NCBI GenBank assembly: GCA_017609175.1
Contig: JAFCEJ010000003.1
Location: forward strand, 149,455 to 213,454
DNA from: Candidatus Pacearchaeota archaeon
GTDB taxonomy: Archaea; Nanobdellota; Nanobdellia; Pacearchaeales; GW2011-AR1
DNA length: 64,000 bases
Reading direction: 5' to 3'
The translations under genes and the position numbers were made by a program. The notes under the pieces are model-generated. The model ran no database searches and was not told the DNA's origin. It saw nothing but the letters and a program-made list of their open reading frames with translations. Numbering within the stretch: the stretch's first letter is position 1; every line of letters begins with the position of its first letter. Shown here one piece after another: positions 59,714 to 64,000 of the stretch.

Positions 59714-60787
59714 TTATAACCCCAGTTTTTTAATAAATTTCTCTTTATTAAAAGGTTCAATATCTTCGTAGACTTGTCCTGTACCGAGATAGAGGATTGG
59801 TTTTTTTGTAATATATCCGACTGAGAGCGAAGTTCCACCTTTTTCATCAATATCTGCTTTTGTTAAAACGATTCCATCTATTCCAATCGCCCAATTAAAA
59901 CTTTTTGCTTGTTCAATTGCGTCATTTCCAGTGATAGATTCTCCAACAAAAATTTTTAAATCGGGTTTTGTAACTCTTGCAATTTTTTCTATTTCTCTCA
60001 TTAGGTCTTTTGAAGTATGCATCCGTCCTGCTGTGTCAATCAAAACACATTTTATGAGATTCTTTTTTGCGTATTTTACTGCATCAAAACCGACTGCTGC
60101 AGGGTCAGAGCCATATTCATGCGAAATAACTTTTACTCCGATTTTTTCTCCATGTTCTTGTAATTGGTGAATTGCTGCTGCACGAAAAGTATCTGCTGCT
60201 GCTAAGACGCATGAGATTCCTTGCTTTTGTAAATTATCTGCGATTTTTGCAATTGTTGTTGTTTTTCCAGAACCGTTTATTCCACAGAAAAGAATTACAT
60301 ATGGTTCTTTTGTTTTTTCATATTTTTCTTTTATTTTGTCTGCTATTTTGAATGGTTCTATTAAAATTTCCCTGATTATATTTTTGAATGCCTCTCTGAT
60401 TTCATCTTCTACCTCTTTTTTTAAGAGTTCTTTTCCAACTATTTGCTCTTTTAATTCATCAATTATTTTTTCTGAAACTTCAAATGCAACATTGTTTTCT
60501 AATAACAGTTCCTGTAATTCTTCTGCATAAACCTCAAATTCTTTTTCTGTAATTTTTATTTTTGTTATCTTTGCCCCGATTTTTTTTAAAAGACTTTGAG
60601 GTTTGGCTTCATCTTCTAGACTTTCTGTTAATTCTTCTTTTGAATCTTCTATTAATTCTTCTGCTTTTTCAGATTTTTCTTTTTTCTTTTTTTTCTTTGG
60701 TTTGATTTCTATTACTTTTTCTTCAGATTCTTCTTTTGCTACTTTTTTTGTCCAGTTTTTGAGTTTTTCCTTAAGTTTTGAGAACAT
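59714..60787 (-). CDS. ftsY: SRP receptor FtsY
   Basis: Acidic K/E-rich N-terminus, then an NG domain with GINGSGKTTT, DTAGRMH and TKADID. Confidence 0.95.
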   Translation of the reverse strand: MFSKLKEKLKNWTKKVAKEESEEKVIEIKPKKKKKKEKSEKAEELIEDSKEELTESLEDEAKPQSLLKKIGAKITKIKITEKEFEVYAEELQELLLENNVAFEVSEKIIDELKEQIVGKELLKKEVEDEIREAFKNIIREILIEPFKIADKIKEKYEKTKEPYVILFCGINGSGKTTTIAKIADNLQKQGISCVLAAADTFRAAAIHQLQEHGEKIGVKVISHEYGSDPAAVGFDAVKYAKKNLIKCVLIDTAGRMHTSKDLMREIEKIARVTKPDLKIFVGESITGNDAIEQAKSFNWAIGIDGIVLTKADIDEKGGTSLSVGYITKKPILYLGTGQVYEDIEPFNKEKFIKKLGL

Positions 60788-60851
60788 ATTATTTCTAAAT
60801 AGTTAATATTTATAAATTCTCTTTCTTTAGTTTTTTAAAGGAGGTGAGAAT

Positions 60852-61235
60852 ATGACGCCTGTAGAAATTATTGCCCTTATTGTAATAGTGATTGCAGTAA
60901 TAAAGATGGTAATACTTTTAGTAACTCCGATGACATGGATGAATTGGACAAAAACTTTTTATACAAAATCTTCAATAGCTAAGATTGTTAGTTTTATTTT
61001 GGCAGTAATTGTGCTTTATTATTTGAATAGTTCTGGAATAACTATTGTTCAGATTTTGGCAGTATCTGCATTTGTATTTTTACTGATAATAATCGGACTT
61101 GCATCACATGTAGATTATCTTACCAAAAGATATGAGGCACAAATTAAAAAGGGCAATCTCTGGAAAGAAAATTGGTTTTATGCCCTGTTGTGGATAGTTT
61201 TGATGCTTTGGGGTTTAAAAGAACTTTTTATGTAA
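60852..61235 (+). CDS. Membrane protein (hypothetical)
   Basis: Strong SD (AAGGAGGTGA) upstream. Four hydrophobic helices. Confidence 0.45.
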   Translation: MTPVEIIALIVIVIAVIKMVILLVTPMTWMNWTKTFYTKSSIAKIVSFILAVIVLYYLNSSGITIVQILAVSAFVFLLIIIGLASHVDYLTKRYEAQIKKGNLWKENWFYALLWIVLMLWGLKELFM

Positions 61236-61289
61236 TTCTTTTTTTTATTTTATATAAATTTTTATAAATAGGGAATTGTTTTTATATTT

Positions 61290-62537
61290 ATGAAAGGGAT
61301 ATTGGTGATACTTGACGGAGTTGGTGATTTGCCTCATAAATTATTAGGTGATAAAACGCCTCTTGAAGCAGCGCATACACCTCATCTTGATTTTTTGGCT
61401 GCGCGAAGCGAGATGGGTTATATGTATCCTGTTAGGCCGGGGTTTATTCCAGAATCAGACGAAGCTCTTGTTTCTATTTTTGGGAATGATTTGATTTCAA
61501 GCTCTCGAGGGCAATTAGAAGCAAGAGGAGCGGGAATTAAATTAAAGAGGGGGGATTTGGCTTTAAGAACAAATTTTGCAACAATTGATTCATTACAAAA
61601 TGGAAATGTTATTGATAGGAGGGCTGGAAGAACTTTGACTACAGAAGAAGCAGAAATTTTGGCGAGGGAGATTAATAAAATAAAACTTCCTTGTAAATTT
61701 ATTTTTCAACCGACGATTCAGCATAGGGGTGTTTTGGTGTTGAGGGGGGGATTTTCTGATAATATTTCAGGTAATGATGTCTCTTATTATGAGCATGGTA
61801 GGGTGAAAGAGCTTGATAAAATGAGATTGTGTAAAGCATTGGATGATGATGAGAACTCCCAATATACTACAAATATTGTTAATGAATTTTTGATACAGGC
61901 TTATGAAGTTTTAGATAAACATCCTATTAATGAAGCGAGAAGAAAAAAAGGTTTGATGCCTGCAAATTATATTCTTGTGCGTGGTGCTGGAATTGAGATT
62001 CCAAAACTAAAAATTTACAAAAAATGGCTTTCTCCTGCTTATATGCCATTAGAAATTGGTTTTTCAAAATTATGTGGTATGGAAACTTGTAGTTTTGAAT
62101 ATCCAGAATTGCAGAAGATGGATGTTTATGAGAATCTTTATGATGGTTTGAAGAAAGCATGCAAATTTGCTGTTAAAATGGTTAAGAAAAATAAAGATAA
62201 AGTTGATTATGCTTATATTCATATAAAAGAGACAGATGTTCCGGGGCATGATAATAAACCTCTTGAGAAAAAAATGATGATTGAAGAAATTGACAAAATT
62301 CTATTTAAATTTTTGAGAAAATTTGCTCCTCCTAACGAGATTAGAGTTGTTGTTACTGCAGACCATTCAACACCATGCAAATTAAAATCTCATTCAGCAG
62401 ACCCTGTTCCTGTTTTATTTTTTAGAACTGGTGCAATTCCCCATGAAAAAAAATTTTGTGAGAAAAATGCGAGGAGAGGAAGTTTAGGAAGAATTATGGG
62501 AAATGAATTGTTAAAGAAGGTTGGATTTGTTAGGTAG
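61290..62537 (+). CDS. apgM: 2,3-bisphosphoglycerate-independent phosphoglycerate mutase, archaeal type
   Basis: MKGILVILDGVGD, RTNFATID, HIKETDVPGHD and VTADHSTP. Confidence 0.9.
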   Translation: MKGILVILDGVGDLPHKLLGDKTPLEAAHTPHLDFLAARSEMGYMYPVRPGFIPESDEALVSIFGNDLISSSRGQLEARGAGIKLKRGDLALRTNFATIDSLQNGNVIDRRAGRTLTTEEAEILAREINKIKLPCKFIFQPTIQHRGVLVLRGGFSDNISGNDVSYYEHGRVKELDKMRLCKALDDDENSQYTTNIVNEFLIQAYEVLDKHPINEARRKKGLMPANYILVRGAGIEIPKLKIYKKWLSPAYMPLEIGFSKLCGMETCSFEYPELQKMDVYENLYDGLKKACKFAVKMVKKNKDKVDYAYIHIKETDVPGHDNKPLEKKMMIEEIDKILFKFLRKFAPPNEIRVVVTADHSTPCKLKSHSADPVPVLFFRTGAIPHEKKFCEKNARRGSLGRIMGNELLKKVGFVR

Positions 62538-62584
62538 TTGTTTATTACAGCAATCATTAAAAATCTTGATTATTTTTCATTCTT

Positions 62585-63142
62585 ATGATTACTTATAATG
62601 ATATTTACGAGGCGTCGCGGAAAGAAAGGTATTCTGAACAGTTGCAACCATTGCCAAAAAATTTTATTGAAGAAGTTGCTAATTATTTGAAAGAGAAGAG
62701 GGAAATTGCTTCTAAAGAAGATGATGTTTTTTCTGATGTGATTATTAAAACAAAGAAACAATTAGAGAATGCAATGACTTTGTTTAAAGAATTAATGAAT
62801 TGGAGGCGGAAAAAAATACTTAATCTTGTTCTTATTGCTGCAGAGGTTGGGATTTCAAAACAGGATTTTGATAATATGCTCGCTGTTGAAAAAGACCTTT
62901 TTGAAGAAATTATGAAGTGTATTGATTCTTCTAATAAAAAAATGAATGAACTTTTGAATGGGAAAAAAGAAAAAGAAATGTTAAATGAATTGATTTGTTT
63001 TAAAGAAGATGTTGAAGAGTTTATGGGGCTTGATGGAGAAAATATAGGGCCTTTTGAAAAAGGGCAGATTGCGAACTTGCCAAAAGAAATTGCGAAAATT
63101 CTGATTGATGATGGTAAAGCTGAAGTTGTTGAAGGAGATTGA
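62585..63142 (+). CDS. GINS-family replication protein (Gins51-like, probable)
   Basis: N-terminal ITYNDIYEASRKERYSEQLQPLPKNFIEEV and a C-terminal B-domain-like GPFEKGQIANLPKEIAKILIDDGKAEVV. Confidence 0.55.
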   Translation: MITYNDIYEASRKERYSEQLQPLPKNFIEEVANYLKEKREIASKEDDVFSDVIIKTKKQLENAMTLFKELMNWRRKKILNLVLIAAEVGISKQDFDNMLAVEKDLFEEIMKCIDSSNKKMNELLNGKKEKEMLNELICFKEDVEEFMGLDGENIGPFEKGQIANLPKEIAKILIDDGKAEVVEGD

Positions 63143-63202
63143 ATTTAATAAATGATAATTTATCAAGAAAATATTTATAAACTTGTTTTTATTATCTGAA
63201 CT

Positions 63203-64000
63203 ATGAAAAAGAGCGTGATGTTTGTAGTTTTGATTGGATTGTTCTTGATTGGTATGGTTGGAGAGGTTTATGGAGAGACAACACATCCGCAAGAGTTTGA
63301 TATTGAAGGTTCTAATTCAATTTATTATTGGGAAGAAGATACTGGTGGATATATCTCAATTAGTGATTTGATTGGAATGTGTGATAGTGATGCAGATATT
63401 AATGGAGATATATATGAATGTAAGAATCCTTCTGAAGGTGATTCTACTATTGTTTGTGATTCTTCAACTAAGGGAAAGGTGGTTAGTGAATTTATTGAAG
63501 ATTTTGGTGCTTATGGTGAGTTGATTTATTATAGGTGTAAATCAAAAATAAAAACAGATGCTGTTTGTGGAAGCTCTACATATTCTTGTGATGAAGGGGA
63601 TTTGGATAAAACAGTGGGAAGCACTTATTATAAAGACGGAAAAGTTTATTGGACTTGTAAGGGGATAAATGGTGGGGAAGATATTGAATGTTCTGGAGAG
63701 CCTACCCAACATGAAGCAGAAGTATTAGTTGTGAGTGGAGATTTGCCTAGTGGTGGTTGGTGGGGGGTTGATGCGTGCAAAGAAAAAAGTAGTAGCAATA
63801 TTTGGGAAGGGAAATTTAGGACTGTTACTGGTGATTGCACTTTTACAAAAAGCATTTCGGGTAGTGGTGGGTGTAGGATTTATGCTAAGGAAACTGATAG
63901 GGCATTTGATGATTGTGCTGACGGTTTGGTGTCTAATGAATATATTTTTGATGGAACAACAATTGGAAAGAATTATAAAAAATTTGAAGTTTCTTCTGTA
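63203..64000 (+). CDS. Secreted Cys-rich protein, 5' partial (runs off the right edge; not in the ORF track)
   Basis: ATG 63203 with signal peptide MKKSVMFVVLIGLFLIGMVGEVYG. The frame stays open for 266 codons to base 64000. Many Cys residues (CDSDADINGDIYEC..., CGSSTYSCDEG..., WTCKGINGGEDIEC). Confidence 0.5.
   Translation, partial: MKKSVMFVVLIGLFLIGMVGEVYGETTHPQEFDIEGSNSIYYWEEDTGGYISISDLIGMCDSDADINGDIYECKNPSEGDSTIVCDSSTKGKVVSEFIEDFGAYGELIYYRCKSKIKTDAVCGSSTYSCDEGDLDKTVGSTYYKDGKVYWTCKGINGGEDIECSGEPTQHEAEVLVVSGDLPSGGWWGVDACKEKSSSNIWEGKFRTVTGDCTFTKSISGSGGCRIYAKETDRAFDDCADGLVSNEYIFDGTTIGKNYKKFEVSSV

Noticed and set aside
1-64000. rRNA, 5S, SRP RNA or RNase P RNA genes
   Set aside because: Apart from the two tRNAs, no extended G+C-rich structured non-coding segment was seen in the intergenic regions. 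This cannot be formally excluded without covariance-model scans.

Overview
AT-rich (about one-third GC by eye) archaeal chromosome segment. The gene content is compact and rich in information-processing genes, which is typical of a small-genome, DPANN-like archaeon; this lineage call is inferred from gene content only. Content by region: (i) 1-7.1 kb holds an ABC permease module, then the conserved L21e-RpoF-DUF655 and S13-S4-S11-RpoD-tRNA(Leu)-L13-S9 clusters. (ii) 7.1-13.1 kb is an accessory, mobile-element-like island. It has a serine recombinase, a tandem paralog whose catalytic domain is replaced by HNH, an Hjc-like nuclease, three wHTH proteins, a 10-bp iteron array and repeats inside genes. 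(iii) 13.4-14.0 kb is a candidate oriC with three ORB-like boxes and a pure A/T stretch. It is followed by orc1/cdc6, PolD DP1, an HD hydrolase and PolD DP2. (iv) 21-31 kb is housekeeping: TyrRS, a DRG-like GTPase, an M16 peptidase, an agmatinase-family enzyme, ThpR, and Hef split into two ORFs. (v) 32.5-43.4 kb is a large type IV pilus-like locus with a secretion ATPase, a polytopic membrane protein, about 8 class-III-signal pilin-like ORFs, mini-TM peptides and a prepilin peptidase. (vi) 43-64 kb carries EF-1beta, RPA, RadA, Ndk, EndoQ, aIF2alpha plus an untracked Nop10-like ORF, a RecJ-like protein, S15, an intron-containing tRNA(Gln), Bud32, SRP54, GH130, FtsY, ApgM and a GINS-like protein. 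This region also holds two sequon-rich surface proteins that share a 114-bp identical 3' block followed by start-less -1-frame tails, and a bacterial-OMP-like beta-barrel candidate. No rRNA genes or CRISPR arrays were seen.
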